A stretch of DNA of 64,000 bases from Myxococcota bacterium (GCA_041611735.1 JBFIML010000004.1:74065-138064), one strand, 5' to 3'. Positions 1 through 9,113 are shown, counted from the first letter of the stretch. The notes: generated from the sequence alone by a model not told the origin. Program-made: numbers and translations.

Positions 1-6
1 CGCGCA

Positions 7-2868
7 TCAGCCGCCGGGATCCGCTTGCGCGGCCGCACCCGGCCCCAGGGGCCCCACCCATGCCTCGGCGCGCACCCGGCCCGCAACGCAGCGACCGTTC
101 TGGCTGCCCCCGTCCCGGCAGCGGCTCCAGAGGTCCGCCAGGACGGCGCGCTCGAAGGGCGCGCCGTGGTGGTAGTGGCTCACGTAGAGATCCGTGGCCT
201 GCTGGGCGGCGAGCACGTCGAGCGGTGTGGCGTCGCCCGACGCGGGCCCGAGCAGCGCCGCCAGGGTCGCCAGGTGCGCGGGCGCCAGCAGCGGGCGAAG
301 CTGGGCGTTGCGCTGGAGGCGCCCGAGCAGCCGGTCGCGCGCCGGGGACTCGGGCACCTGGCGGATCCAGCTCGCCACGAGCGTTGCGCACAGGTAGGGC
401 ATCTGCTTGCAGGCCTCCCCCACGATCTGCTCGTGCTCCGGGTCCGAGAGGCGGCCCCCGCGCTGCTCGGTCCAGCGCCGCAGCAGCGAGTTGCGCGCCC
501 CCACCGCCGCCGCGGCGGGGCGCAGTGTCAGCGGCAGCGTCGCCGCCCGGCCGCGGAAGAAGGCATGCGCCGCGCGGTGGGCCAGGATCGGGTGGAAGAT
601 GCGGTGCACGTCGCCCTCGAAGCCGGCCGCCTGCACCACACCGAGGGGCACCAGCTCGTGGGCCAGCAGCGCCGGGAAGCTCGCGATCCCCGCCCGGGCC
701 AGGCCCGCCCGGATCGCCGGCTCCTGGGCGCGGCGCTGCAGCCGCTCCGGATCGAGGCTCGGCGGGCTCTCGAAGCCGAGCAGCAGCAGATCGGTCCCGA
801 GCGTGTACCAGACGGCCACCTGGTCGAAGACCGAGGCGTAGGTGCGCAGGACCAGCTCCACCACGCTCGTGTCCGTCTCGTAGAGGTGGAACCACTGGGC
901 GTAGACGCCGCCCGGGCGCAGGCGGTCGCGGGCCGCACGCAGGAACTCCTGGCTGAACAGCATCTCGACGCCGGTCACCCAGGGGTTGCTCGGCTCCGAG
1001 GCGATCACGTCGTAGCGCTGGTCCGAGCGCAGCAGAGCCCGGTAGGCGTCGGAGACCACCACCTCGGTCTTGGGGTGGCCGAGGGCGCCGAGGTTCGCGT
1101 CCTCGAAGAAGCGCCCCGCCTCGATCACGCCCGGCGAGATCTCGGCCACCACCACCTTGCGCACCGAAGGCAGGGCGGCGAGCTCGCCCACGGTGACGCC
1201 GGTGCCGTAGCCGATCACGAAGGCCTGCTCCACCGGGTCGGCGAACAGCGCCGGCAGCAGCGCTGCCAGGGCCATGGTGGCGTAGTCGATCCGCACCGAG
1301 CCGTCGGCCTTGCCGTTGGTGAAGACCGCCACGTCGAACTGCCCGTCCGGGTAGCGGGTGCGCTGCACGGCCACCGAGTTGTTGGGGTCGTCGTCGTAGA
1401 ACAGGACCTGGGTGGAGGTGCGGTAGTGGGAGAAGAAGGCCTCGGGACCCGCGTAGCTCGGCAGCTGGGGCTGGCGCATGCGGAACAGCCCCGAGGCCAG
1501 GCGCTCCGGCTGCCAGGCCGGGAGCAGCGCCAGGCCGAGCAGGCCCGGCACCAGCACGAAGGCAAGGGTCGCGCTGCGCGGCACCTCGAACAGCCGGATC
1601 GTGAGCAGGGTGGCGGCGACGATCACGGCGCCGACCCCGACCCGGTACACCTGGTGCAGATCCAGCCAGAAGAAGAGCAGGTAGCCGCCCAGCAGGGCGC
1701 CGAGCAGCGAGCCCACCGTGTTCCAGGCGTAGAGGCGGCCTGCCGCGTTGCCGAGGTCCCCGAACTCGCGGCGCAGCTGGTGGAAGAGCAGCGGGAGCAT
1801 GGCGCCCGACAGCCCCACCGGGACGGCAAGCACCGCCAGGGCGGCACCGAAGACCAGCAGATGGAAGGGATAGAAGGCCGCGCCGTCGTCGCGGAACAGG
1901 CTGCGCAGGAGGTGGGCCCAGTAGGGCGCGTTCTGGAGCGCCGGGTAGAGCAGCAGCATGAGCCCCGCCAGGCTCCACAGGCTGCCGACCAGGAGCCCGG
2001 GCGGAATGCGCGGCAGCGCCGACACGGCGAAGGAGCCGAGCGCGATGCACAGCACGAAGACCGCCACCACCATGGAGAAGGTGAACTCGGAGGAGCCCAG
2101 GGAGAGGCCTCCGAGGCGGATCAGGACGGTCTGGAAGTCCATGGCCGCGAAGCCGACCAGCAGCGCCACCGCCGCGTAGACACCGAGCCGGAGCTGCGTG
2201 TGCTCCTGGACGCCGGTCCTCGGAAGCGCGCCCCGGCGCGTGCGGCCCAGGGCCACGAAGGCGGCGCCTGCCGCCAGGTTGATGGCGCCCATGGCCCACA
2301 CCGCGCGCTCGAGCCCGAGCGCGGGCAGCAGCACGAAGCCCGCCGCCAGGGCTCCCGCAAAGGCGCCGGCGGTGTTGAAGCCGTAGACGAAGGCATGGAA
2401 GCGGGTGGCATCGGTCAGGCTGCGGGCCAGGGCCTGGGTCAGCACCGGGATCGTGCCGCCCATCAGCACCGTGGGCGGGAGGATCAGGAGCGCCGCCAGC
2501 GTCACGTCGAGCACGAAGCCCGGGCCGCCCACCTGGTGGGGGATCGCGAAGGAGAGCGCGCGCACGCCCCGGAACAGCAGCGGGAAGAGCAGCGCGTGGA
2601 CGCCGATGCCGGCCTCCACGCAGCCGTAGAGCAGCAGCAGCGCCGGGGGCTCGCCGCGCCGGGCCGCGCGCTCCACCATCCCGCGCGTCACGCGCCCGAA
2701 GACGGCGTAGCCCAGGGAGAGCCCGCCCAGGAAGAGGGCCAGGACGGCGGCGGTGGCCTCGCTGTGGGAGCCGAGCAGCGTGGCCAGGTACTTCTGCCAG
2801 GCGACCTCGTAGACGAGCCCGCTGAAGCCCGTGAGCACCGTGAGCGCCAGCGCAGCCGCCCGCACCAT
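7..2868 (-). CDS. Multi-TM membrane protein fused to a spermidine-synthase-like class I SAM-binding domain (fused MFS/spermidine synthase type)
   Basis: Many hydrophobic helices with family-type motifs (SGLVYEVAW, LYAWNTVGSLLG), followed by a SAM motif (FVIGYGTGVT, EISPGV, SDAYRAL, DVIASEPSNPW). Start moved to ATG 2868 (MVRAAALAL), which has GGAG upstream. Confidence 0.8.
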   Translation of the reverse strand: MVRAAALALTVLTGFSGLVYEVAWQKYLATLLGSHSEATAAVLALFLGGLSLGYAVFGRVTRGMVERAARRGEPPALLLLYGCVEAGIGVHALLFPLLFRGVRALSFAIPHQVGGPGFVLDVTLAALLILPPTVLMGGTIPVLTQALARSLTDATRFHAFVYGFNTAGAFAGALAAGFVLLPALGLERAVWAMGAINLAAGAAFVALGRTRRGALPRTGVQEHTQLRLGVYAAVALLVGFAAMDFQTVLIRLGGLSLGSSEFTFSMVVAVFVLCIALGSFAVSALPRIPPGLLVGSLWSLAGLMLLLYPALQNAPYWAHLLRSLFRDDGAAFYPFHLLVFGAALAVLAVPVGLSGAMLPLLFHQLRREFGDLGNAAGRLYAWNTVGSLLGALLGGYLLFFWLDLHQVYRVGVGAVIVAATLLTIRLFEVPRSATLAFVLVPGLLGLALLPAWQPERLASGLFRMRQPQLPSYAGPEAFFSHYRTSTQVLFYDDDPNNSVAVQRTRYPDGQFDVAVFTNGKADGSVRIDYATMALAALLPALFADPVEQAFVIGYGTGVTVGELAALPSVRKVVVAEISPGVIEAGRFFEDANLGALGHPKTEVVVSDAYRALLRSDQRYDVIASEPSNPWVTGVEMLFSQEFLRAARDRLRPGGVYAQWFHLYETDTSVVELVLRTYASVFDQVAVWYTLGTDLLLLGFESPPSLDPERLQRRAQEPAIRAGLARAGIASFPALLAHELVPLGVVQAAGFEGDVHRIFHPILAHRAAHAFFRGRAATLPLTLRPAAAAVGARNSLLRRWTEQRGGRLSDPEHEQIVGEACKQMPYLCATLVASWIRQVPESPARDRLLGRLQRNAQLRPLLAPAHLATLAALLGPASGDATPLDVLAAQQATDLYVSHYHHGAPFERAVLADLWSRCRDGGSQNGRCVAGRVRAEAWVGPLGPGAAAQADPGG

Positions 2869-2980
2869 GCCGTCGGAAATCTCCCGCTTCCGCCCCCCTG
2901 GCGAGACGAACCGGGGAGTGTCGCGTGGCGTGCCGCACCTTGCCAGCGCCCGTGGCGGAACCCAAGCTCTGGCCATCCCG

Positions 2981-4762
2981 ATGCGACGCTCCGACGCGAT
3001 CCTGGCGGTAGGCGCGCTGGTCACGCTGGGGGTCACGGCGGCCCTCTACGCCGGTCACCTGGACGGCCCCTTCTTCTACGACGACCACGTCTCGGTGGTG
3101 CGCAACCCGCGCATCGAGCGGCTGTGGCCCCCCACCTGGGCCTGGCACCAGGGCGAGAACCCGCTGGCCGCCCGTCCGCTGGCGGCCCTCACCCTCGCCC
3201 TGGACTTCTCCCTGCACGGCCGCTCGCCGCGCGGCTACCGGATCGCGAATCTGCTGCTGCACGGCGCGAACGCCCTGCTCCTGCTCGGCGTGGCGCGACG
3301 GCTGCTGGGGCGTTGGCCGGCCCTGCGGATCTCCGAGGCGGAAGGGGCCGGGCTGGCCGTGGCCCTGGCCCTGCTCTGGGCCCTGCATCCGCTCCAGACC
3401 GATGCCGTGGTCTACGTGACGCAGCGGACGGAGCTCCTGGTGGCCTTCTTCTACCTGCTGACGCTGCAGGCTTCCCTGCGCGGCTTCGAGGCCGGCTCGC
3501 GGCGCGCCCGGCGCGGCTGGTTCGGGGTGGCGGCTCTGGCCTGCGCGCTGGGTGCGCTCAGCAAGGAGGTGATCGCCACGGCGCCGCTCCTGGTGCTGCT
3601 GGCGGACCGCGCCTTCGTCTCGTCCGCGTTCCGCACCGCGCTGCGCCGGCACGCCGGCCTCTACGCGGGGCTCGCCGCCTGCTGGGTGATCGTCCTGGCC
3701 CTGCTGGTCACGGGCCCGCGCGCCGCCGCGGTCTCCCTGGGCCAGGACGTGTCGTCCCTGGACTACCTGCGCACCCAGGCGGGCGTGGTGGCCGAGTACG
3801 TGCGCCTGGCCGTGTGGCCCGACGGGCTGCGCATCTCCCACCCGCTGTGGACCGCGCGCAGCTGGAGCGACGTGCGCCCGGCGGGCTGGCTCGTGGCCGG
3901 CGGGTTCGCTGCGACGCTCTGGGCGTTGTGGCGCCATCCGCGCCCAGGCTTCGTCGGGGCGTGGTTCTTCGGGATCCTGGCGCCGAGCTCGAGCTTCGTG
4001 CCCGTGGTGACGGAGATCGCGGCGCTGCGGCGCATGTACCTGCCCCTGGCCGCGTTGGCGGGCGCGACGGTGGTGGGGACGTTCGTTGCGCTGCGCGCGG
4101 CGGGGGAGCGGGCCGGCAGGCCCGGCGCCGGGCGCAGGGCGGCCATCGGTCTCGGCGCGGCCGCCGCCCTCGCCCTCGGCGCCCGCACGGCGGAGCGTCT
4201 TCCCGACTTTCGCAGCCGGGTCGCGCTCTGGAGCGCCGACCTGCGGGTCGATCCCGGGGACCCGGGCGCTGCCTTGAACCTGGCCGTGGCGCTGCTCGAG
4301 GAAGGAAGCGCCCACGAGGCGCTCGACTGGCTGGAACGGGGCCGGGCTTCCCTGGCGCGCCTCGATCCGGACACGCGCACGGCGGTCCTGCGCGTCACGT
4401 CCCTCGACCTGATCGTGGCCGCCTACGACGGGCTCGGGCGCCCGGACCGGGCGCGCGACTTCCTGCGCGAGCTGGCGACCGCGTACCCGGACCACGCCCG
4501 GGTGCAACACGCCTACGGGCGCGCCTGCCTGCGGGCCGCGAGCCCGCAGCAGGCGCTCGGACCGCTGCGGCGGGCGGCGGAACTCGACCCGGGCGCCAGC
4601 GGACCCTGGCGGGACCTGGCCGACGCGGAGCTGCGCCTCGGCCGGCGGCCCCGGGCGATCGCAGCCCTGGACGAGGCGATCCGGCGTGCCCCGGAGCCGG
4701 AGCGGCGCGGGTTGCAGGCGCAGCGCGACGCCCTGGCCCGGGGCGCGGGGCCGAACCCGTGA
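2981..4762 (+). CDS. TMTC-like GT-C glycosyltransferase (putative protein O-mannosyltransferase) with C-terminal TPRs
   Basis: GPFFYDD..VVRNP in the first loop, RPL, NLLLHGAN, HPLQTDAVVYVTQRTE, SKE and RRMYLP motifs, then TPR-like helices. ATG at 2981. Confidence 0.75.
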   Translation: MRRSDAILAVGALVTLGVTAALYAGHLDGPFFYDDHVSVVRNPRIERLWPPTWAWHQGENPLAARPLAALTLALDFSLHGRSPRGYRIANLLLHGANALLLLGVARRLLGRWPALRISEAEGAGLAVALALLWALHPLQTDAVVYVTQRTELLVAFFYLLTLQASLRGFEAGSRRARRGWFGVAALACALGALSKEVIATAPLLVLLADRAFVSSAFRTALRRHAGLYAGLAACWVIVLALLVTGPRAAAVSLGQDVSSLDYLRTQAGVVAEYVRLAVWPDGLRISHPLWTARSWSDVRPAGWLVAGGFAATLWALWRHPRPGFVGAWFFGILAPSSSFVPVVTEIAALRRMYLPLAALAGATVVGTFVALRAAGERAGRPGAGRRAAIGLGAAAALALGARTAERLPDFRSRVALWSADLRVDPGDPGAALNLAVALLEEGSAHEALDWLERGRASLARLDPDTRTAVLRVTSLDLIVAAYDGLGRPDRARDFLRELATAYPDHARVQHAYGRACLRAASPQQALGPLRRAAELDPGASGPWRDLADAELRLGRRPRAIAALDEAIRRAPEPERRGLQAQRDALARGAGPNP

Positions 4763-5820
4763 GGCCGTCGCGGCGAGGGCTGCTGTTCGGCGCGCTGACC
4801 GCCGCCATCGCCCTGGGCCTGGCGGCAGCGGGTGCCGAGCTGGCCCTGCGCCTGGCGGGCTACGAGCCCTGGGCGCCGCTTCTCCTGCCTCCCGGCCAGC
4901 CCGTCATCTTCCAGCCGGACCCCGTGCTGGGCTGGCGGCACCGGGAGGGCGACTACCTCTTCCCGGCCTTCTCGCCCCGGGGCCAGGCGGTGCGCATGCG
5001 CTTCCTGGCCGACGGAAGCCGCGCGACCGGCGCTGCGCCCGGCGCCGGGGAGGGCCGCGTGCTCCTGGTGGGCGGCTCGTTCACCGAGGGCTTCGCGGTG
5101 TCCGACGAGGAGACCTTCGCCTGGAAGCTCCAGCAGCGCTTTCCGTCGCTCCGCTTCGCCAACCACGGAACCGGCGCCTACGGCACCCATCAGTCGCTGC
5201 TGCTGCTGGAGCAGCTGCTGGCGCAGGGCGAGCCGCCGGTGCTGGTGATCTACGGCTTCATGGAGGGGCACGACATCCGCAACGTGGCGACGGCCGAGTG
5301 GACGCGCATGCTGGCCCAGACGGCGCGCCGCCACCAGGCCGTGGCGGTGCCCCACGCGGACCTCGACGGCCAGGGCGCCGTGGTGCGCCGGCCCGCCGCG
5401 GCCTATCCGCTCTGGCCCCTGCGCGAGCGCTCGGCGGCGCTCGCGTTCCTCCAGCACGCCTGGGCCAGCTTCGCGGCGCGCTCCCGCAGCGCCGCCCGGC
5501 AGACCGTGACCGAGCAGCTCCTGTTGGAGATGCACGCCCTCTGCCAGCGCCACGGTACCCGGCTGCTGGTGGCCCTGCTCTACGCCAGCGACGCCAGGCG
5601 GCTGCGCACCGCCCAGTGGCTCGCCGCCCACGGGATCGAGCTGGTGGACTGCTCGCATCCCCTCACGGCGGGCTTCTACGTGCCCGGCGACGGCCATCCG
5701 AACGACAGGCTCCATTCGGTCTGGGCCGCCTGCATCGCCCGGGGCCTGCGCCCGCGGCTCCAGGGCCGCGCGCCGCCCACCGCCCCGCCTACGGCCAGGC
5801 CGGCATCCAGTCGGCCATGA
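4759..5820 (+). CDS. Membrane-anchored SGNH/GDSL-family protein
   Basis: N-terminal TM (AELALRLAG), DPVLGW, VGGSFTEG, NHGTGAYGTHQ and DGHPN motifs. GTG overlaps the upstream TGA. Confidence 0.7.
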   Translation: MRPSRRGLLFGALTAAIALGLAAAGAELALRLAGYEPWAPLLLPPGQPVIFQPDPVLGWRHREGDYLFPAFSPRGQAVRMRFLADGSRATGAAPGAGEGRVLLVGGSFTEGFAVSDEETFAWKLQQRFPSLRFANHGTGAYGTHQSLLLLEQLLAQGEPPVLVIYGFMEGHDIRNVATAEWTRMLAQTARRHQAVAVPHADLDGQGAVVRRPAAAYPLWPLRERSAALAFLQHAWASFAARSRSAARQTVTEQLLLEMHALCQRHGTRLLVALLYASDARRLRTAQWLAAHGIELVDCSHPLTAGFYVPGDGHPNDRLHSVWAACIARGLRPRLQGRAPPTAPPTARPASSRP

Positions 5821-6868
5821 GGCCCGGCGTCTCGAAGCGGAGCCGGCCCTCCCGGTCGATCACCAGCAGCCGGGCATCCGCGTGCTTGGAGTCGCCGGGC
5901 TCGCGCTGGCGGGGCTCCGCCAGGATCACCAGCCACTCGCCGTCGGGGGACCAGATCGGCGTGGCCTCCTCCACCTCCGGCGACCGGGTCAGGTTGCGCG
6001 GCTCCCCATCGGGCAGCTCCATCAGGAAGATGTCTCCGCTGCCGTCCCGATCGGAGACGAAGACGACCTCGTCGCGGGTGGGCGAGTGCTTGGCCGAGTG
6101 ATCGTCGGCGCCGGGCAGGCTCGCGAAGAGCTCCACCGGGCCGCCCTCGAGTCCGATGCGGGCCAGGTCGCCGGGTTCCTGCTGTCCGGCCCGCCGCGTG
6201 AAGATCACCGAGCGGCCGTCGGGGGTCGGAAAGGGCTTGGTGTCGAACACCTCGCCCGTGGTGAGGGGGCGCGGCGCGCGGCCCGGCGCGAGCACGTACA
6301 GGTGGGAGAGCGCGCCATCGCGCACACGACGCTGGGCCACCATGCGGCGGCCATCCGGCGTGAAGGACGGACGGAAGAAGAAGTCGCGCGGCCCCGCCTG
6401 GGCGACGAGGCGCACCGCGTGCGTGTTCACGTCGAGCAGAGCGATGCCCGACGCCTGCCAGCCCTGCCGGAAGGCGTAGGCCAGCTCGGGCGTCGTGGGA
6501 GACCACTCGGGCCAGCGCTCGTCGCGCCGGGGCGTGGGCGTCAAGGCGGTCTCCTGGCCGGTGGCCGGATCCCACAGGTGGAGGTCCGTGCGCAGGTCCG
6601 GGCCGTAGGGGCGCGCCTGGAAGACCACGCGCCGGGCGATGGGCGACCAGTAGGGCCAGCGCTCCTCGCGCCGGCGCGTGCGCACGATGCGGACCACGGC
6701 CCCGTCGGAGAGCCGGGCGCGGGCCAGGTCCGAGGCGCCGTCCGCCTCCTCGACCACGTACACGAGGCCCTCCGAGGCCGACCCCACGGTGCCAAGCCCG
6801 CCCTCGGAGCACGCCAGGACCAGGAGCGCCGCCAGCCCGGCCGCGCTCCCGCGGGCCGCGAGGGTCAG
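5789..6868 (-). CDS. TolB-like/PD40 beta-propeller lipoprotein
   Basis: Repeated PxWSP/PSFTPDG/PIWSPDG motifs and FVSDRDGSGDIF. Reading in frame upstream of GTG 6787 gives a signal peptide with lipobox LVLAC. The start is uncertain; CTG 6868 is proposed. Confidence 0.7.
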   Translation of the reverse strand: MTLAARGSAAGLAALLVLACSEGGLGTVGSASEGLVYVVEEADGASDLARARLSDGAVVRIVRTRRREERWPYWSPIARRVVFQARPYGPDLRTDLHLWDPATGQETALTPTPRRDERWPEWSPTTPELAYAFRQGWQASGIALLDVNTHAVRLVAQAGPRDFFFRPSFTPDGRRMVAQRRVRDGALSHLYVLAPGRAPRPLTTGEVFDTKPFPTPDGRSVIFTRRAGQQEPGDLARIGLEGGPVELFASLPGADDHSAKHSPTRDEVVFVSDRDGSGDIFLMELPDGEPRNLTRSPEVEEATPIWSPDGEWLVILAEPRQREPGDSKHADARLLVIDREGRLRFETPGLMADWMPAWP

Positions 6869-8844
6869 GGGCGGCTCCCGCGCAGGTCTTCGTAGGCCCG
6901 GCGCAGCTCGGCGGAGGCCGGTGTCCGGTCCAGGGCCCGGGAGAGCAGCAGCTCGGCGCGGCTGCGGCGCCCGGCCCGGATCTCCGCCGCCGCCAGGCGC
7001 AGGGCCGCCTCCGGACGCAGCACCATCTCCTCAGCAAGCTGGCCGAGGAGCGGGCCGGCTGGCTCGCCGGCCTCGATGCGCAGGGCCGCCAGACGCCACA
7101 GGGCCTCCGGGCTCGCGCCGCGGCGCTCCGTGGCACGCGCATAGAGCGCAGCGGCCTCGTCGAGCCGACCGCGCGCCTCGGCCACCCGACCGAGGCCCAC
7201 GAGCGAATCCGCGGCGGCCTCGTCCAGCTCCTGGGCGGTCTGGAAGGCCCGGGCCGCCTCGTCGAGACGTCCCGCATCGAGGAGCGCCTCACCGAGGGCC
7301 ACGTGCGCACCGGTCGACTGGGGCACCAGCGCCAGGGCCGCCCGGGCAGAGCGCTCCGCCAGGGCGGGCTTGCCCGCCCGCAGGGCCACCTCCGCGCGAT
7401 GCAGCTCCAGGAGGAAGCCGCCACCCTCCAGGGGTTCGAGCAGCGCCAGTGCGTCGTGGGGGCGGTCCTCGGCGACGAGGCCGATGGCGTCCAGGAGTGC
7501 CTGCGCCAGGCCGAGGCCGTCCTTGGGATCGAAACCGCCGACCCGTCCGAGCTCGCCCTGCACCGCCGCGGCCCCGCCCACCACGTAGCCGAGCGCCTCC
7601 AGGCGTCCGCGCATCTCGGAGTCCGGCGCCAGGGTGGACACCACGGGGCGGGCCCCGCGCAGGAACGCGTCGAGGGCCGCGTCGAGCTCGGCCACCACTT
7701 CGGGTCGCTGGGCGGCCAGGTCGTGGGCCTCCTGGGCGTCCGCCACCAGGTCGTAGAGCTCCGGACGCGGAGCCCGGATGTACTTGAAGCTCCCGGAGCG
7801 TACGCCCAGCAGCGGGCTCCAGCCGAAGTCGAGCTGGGGGGAGAGGGTCTCCAGATAGGCCAGGCGCTCCGGCGCCCGGGCACCGTTCAGCGTCTCGCGC
7901 AGGTCCCTTCCGTCGATCCCCGGCAACGGGTCCAGGCGCGCCAGGGCCAGGATGGTGGGCGCCACGTCCAGCAGCCGCACGAGGGACTCGACCACCCGGC
8001 CCCGGGGCAGGCCGGCTCCCGCCAGCAGCAGCGGGATGCGCTGGGTGGCGTCGTAGAGCGTGAGCGAATGGCTGAGCTCGCCATGCTCGCCCAGGCTCTC
8101 GCCGTGGTCGCTGGTCACCACCACCAGCGTCCGCTCCGGGTCCCCGCGCGAGCGCACGGCCCGGAGCAGGCGGCCGAGCTCCGCGTCCGCGAAGGCGATC
8201 TCCCCGGCGTAGGGATGGGTGGGGAAGCGCGCCTGGTACTCGCGCGGCGGGCGATAGCTCCCGTGCGGATCGTATAGGTGCAGCCACAGGAAGAAGCGCT
8301 CCGGCGCCACCCGCAGCCAGGCCAGGGCGGCGTCCACCACCTGATTGGCGGTGCGCTCGGAGAACCCGAAGCGGCCCGCGCTGCGACGCGGCGCCATGTG
8401 GTCGTCGTAGATGTCGAAGCCCCGCGCCAGCCCGTACTGGCGATCGAGCACCACGGCGCCCACGAACGCGGCCGTGGCCCAGCCTGCCGCGTGCAGGCGC
8501 TCGGCCAGCACGGGCACGTCCTCGTCGAGCCGGAAGGTCGAGTTGTTGCGCGCGCCGTGATGGGGCGGCGCCAGACCGGTCATGAGCGAGCTGTGGGAGG
8601 GAAGCGTGAGCGGCGTCGGGGCGATGGCCGTCTCGAAGCGGACCCCCTCGGCGGCGATCCCGTCCAGGGTCGGCGTCGCCACCCAGCTCGAGCCGTAGCA
8701 GCCCACGTGATCGGCTCGCAGCGTATCGATGGTGACCAGGACGATGCGCTCCGGCACGGGCGCGCCGCCGCAGGCCAGGCCGAGGAGTCCGGCCAGCAGC
8801 ACGCCGACGCGCCGCAGACGCTGGGGGGAGCTGCATCCGGGCAT
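6865..8844 (-). CDS. Sulfatase-like hydrolase/transferase lipoprotein with C-terminal TPRs
   Basis: Lipobox LGLAC, IDTLRAD, TLPSHSSLMTG, HLYDPH, SDHGE and LEALGY motifs, then TPRs. Confidence 0.8.
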   Translation of the reverse strand: MPGCSSPQRLRRVGVLLAGLLGLACGGAPVPERIVLVTIDTLRADHVGCYGSSWVATPTLDGIAAEGVRFETAIAPTPLTLPSHSSLMTGLAPPHHGARNNSTFRLDEDVPVLAERLHAAGWATAAFVGAVVLDRQYGLARGFDIYDDHMAPRRSAGRFGFSERTANQVVDAALAWLRVAPERFFLWLHLYDPHGSYRPPREYQARFPTHPYAGEIAFADAELGRLLRAVRSRGDPERTLVVVTSDHGESLGEHGELSHSLTLYDATQRIPLLLAGAGLPRGRVVESLVRLLDVAPTILALARLDPLPGIDGRDLRETLNGARAPERLAYLETLSPQLDFGWSPLLGVRSGSFKYIRAPRPELYDLVADAQEAHDLAAQRPEVVAELDAALDAFLRGARPVVSTLAPDSEMRGRLEALGYVVGGAAAVQGELGRVGGFDPKDGLGLAQALLDAIGLVAEDRPHDALALLEPLEGGGFLLELHRAEVALRAGKPALAERSARAALALVPQSTGAHVALGEALLDAGRLDEAARAFQTAQELDEAAADSLVGLGRVAEARGRLDEAAALYARATERRGASPEALWRLAALRIEAGEPAGPLLGQLAEEMVLRPEAALRLAAAEIRAGRRSRAELLLSRALDRTPASAELRRAYEDLRGSRP

Positions 8845-8918
8845 GGCGCCCAACCGTAGCGCGCAGCCCGGGCTTTCTCCGTTGCAGGCCGCCCCGCGGA
8901 CCGCGAGAGGATCGAAAG

Positions 8919-8932
8919 GGAAAGAGTTTTCC
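8919..8932 (+). promoter_or_regulatory. Candidate enhancer (UAS) for a sigma-54 activator
   Basis: Palindrome GGAAA-GAGT-TTTCC starting 110 bp upstream of the -24 GG. A similar site lies 108 bp upstream of the -24 GG in the second PEP-CTERM promoter. Confidence 0.5.
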
Positions 8933-8989
8933 GTTCCGAGGGCACGCGGACATCCACCCGTCCCCCAGACCGAGAAATAAAATGAATAG

Positions 8990-9002
8990 AATCAAACACT
9001 TA
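8990..9002 (+). promoter_or_regulatory. IHF binding site
   Basis: AATCAAACACTTA matches WATCAANNNNTTR exactly. It sits in an AT-rich tract between the UAS and the sigma-54 promoter. Confidence 0.7.
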
Positions 9003-9027
9003 TATTTTCCGGCTGCCGCGGGCCGCT

Positions 9028-9043
9028 TGGCATCCCGGTTGCA
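9028..9043 (+). promoter_or_regulatory. Sigma-54 (-24/-12) promoter of PEP-CTERM gene 1
   Basis: TGGCAT-CCCGG-TTGCA compared with consensus TGGCAC-N5-TTGCW. Confidence 0.85.
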
Positions 9044-9113
9044 GTTGGAACTGGAGGCCCGCAGGAGCGGACTGCCCGGGGTCCGGCCCGGCGCCCGAGG
9101 AGGCACGAGGACG

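Noticed and set aside
25-4758. 1931-aa ORF 25..5820 and the many other long overlapping ORFs in the track
   Set aside because: These are shadow frames caused by stop-codon scarcity at very high GC, giving Arg/Pro/Gly/Ala-rich text without motifs. Only the 3' parts of some (e.g. from 4759, 10118, 13556, 50512, 61229) are real genes.
8982-9113. Longer N-terminus for PEP-CTERM 1 (ATG 8982), and likewise 31409 for paralog 2
   Set aside because: The 8982 extension runs through the IHF site and sigma-54 promoter, and 31409 lies just after the -12 box with no RBS. The RBS and signal peptides support 9114 and 31499.
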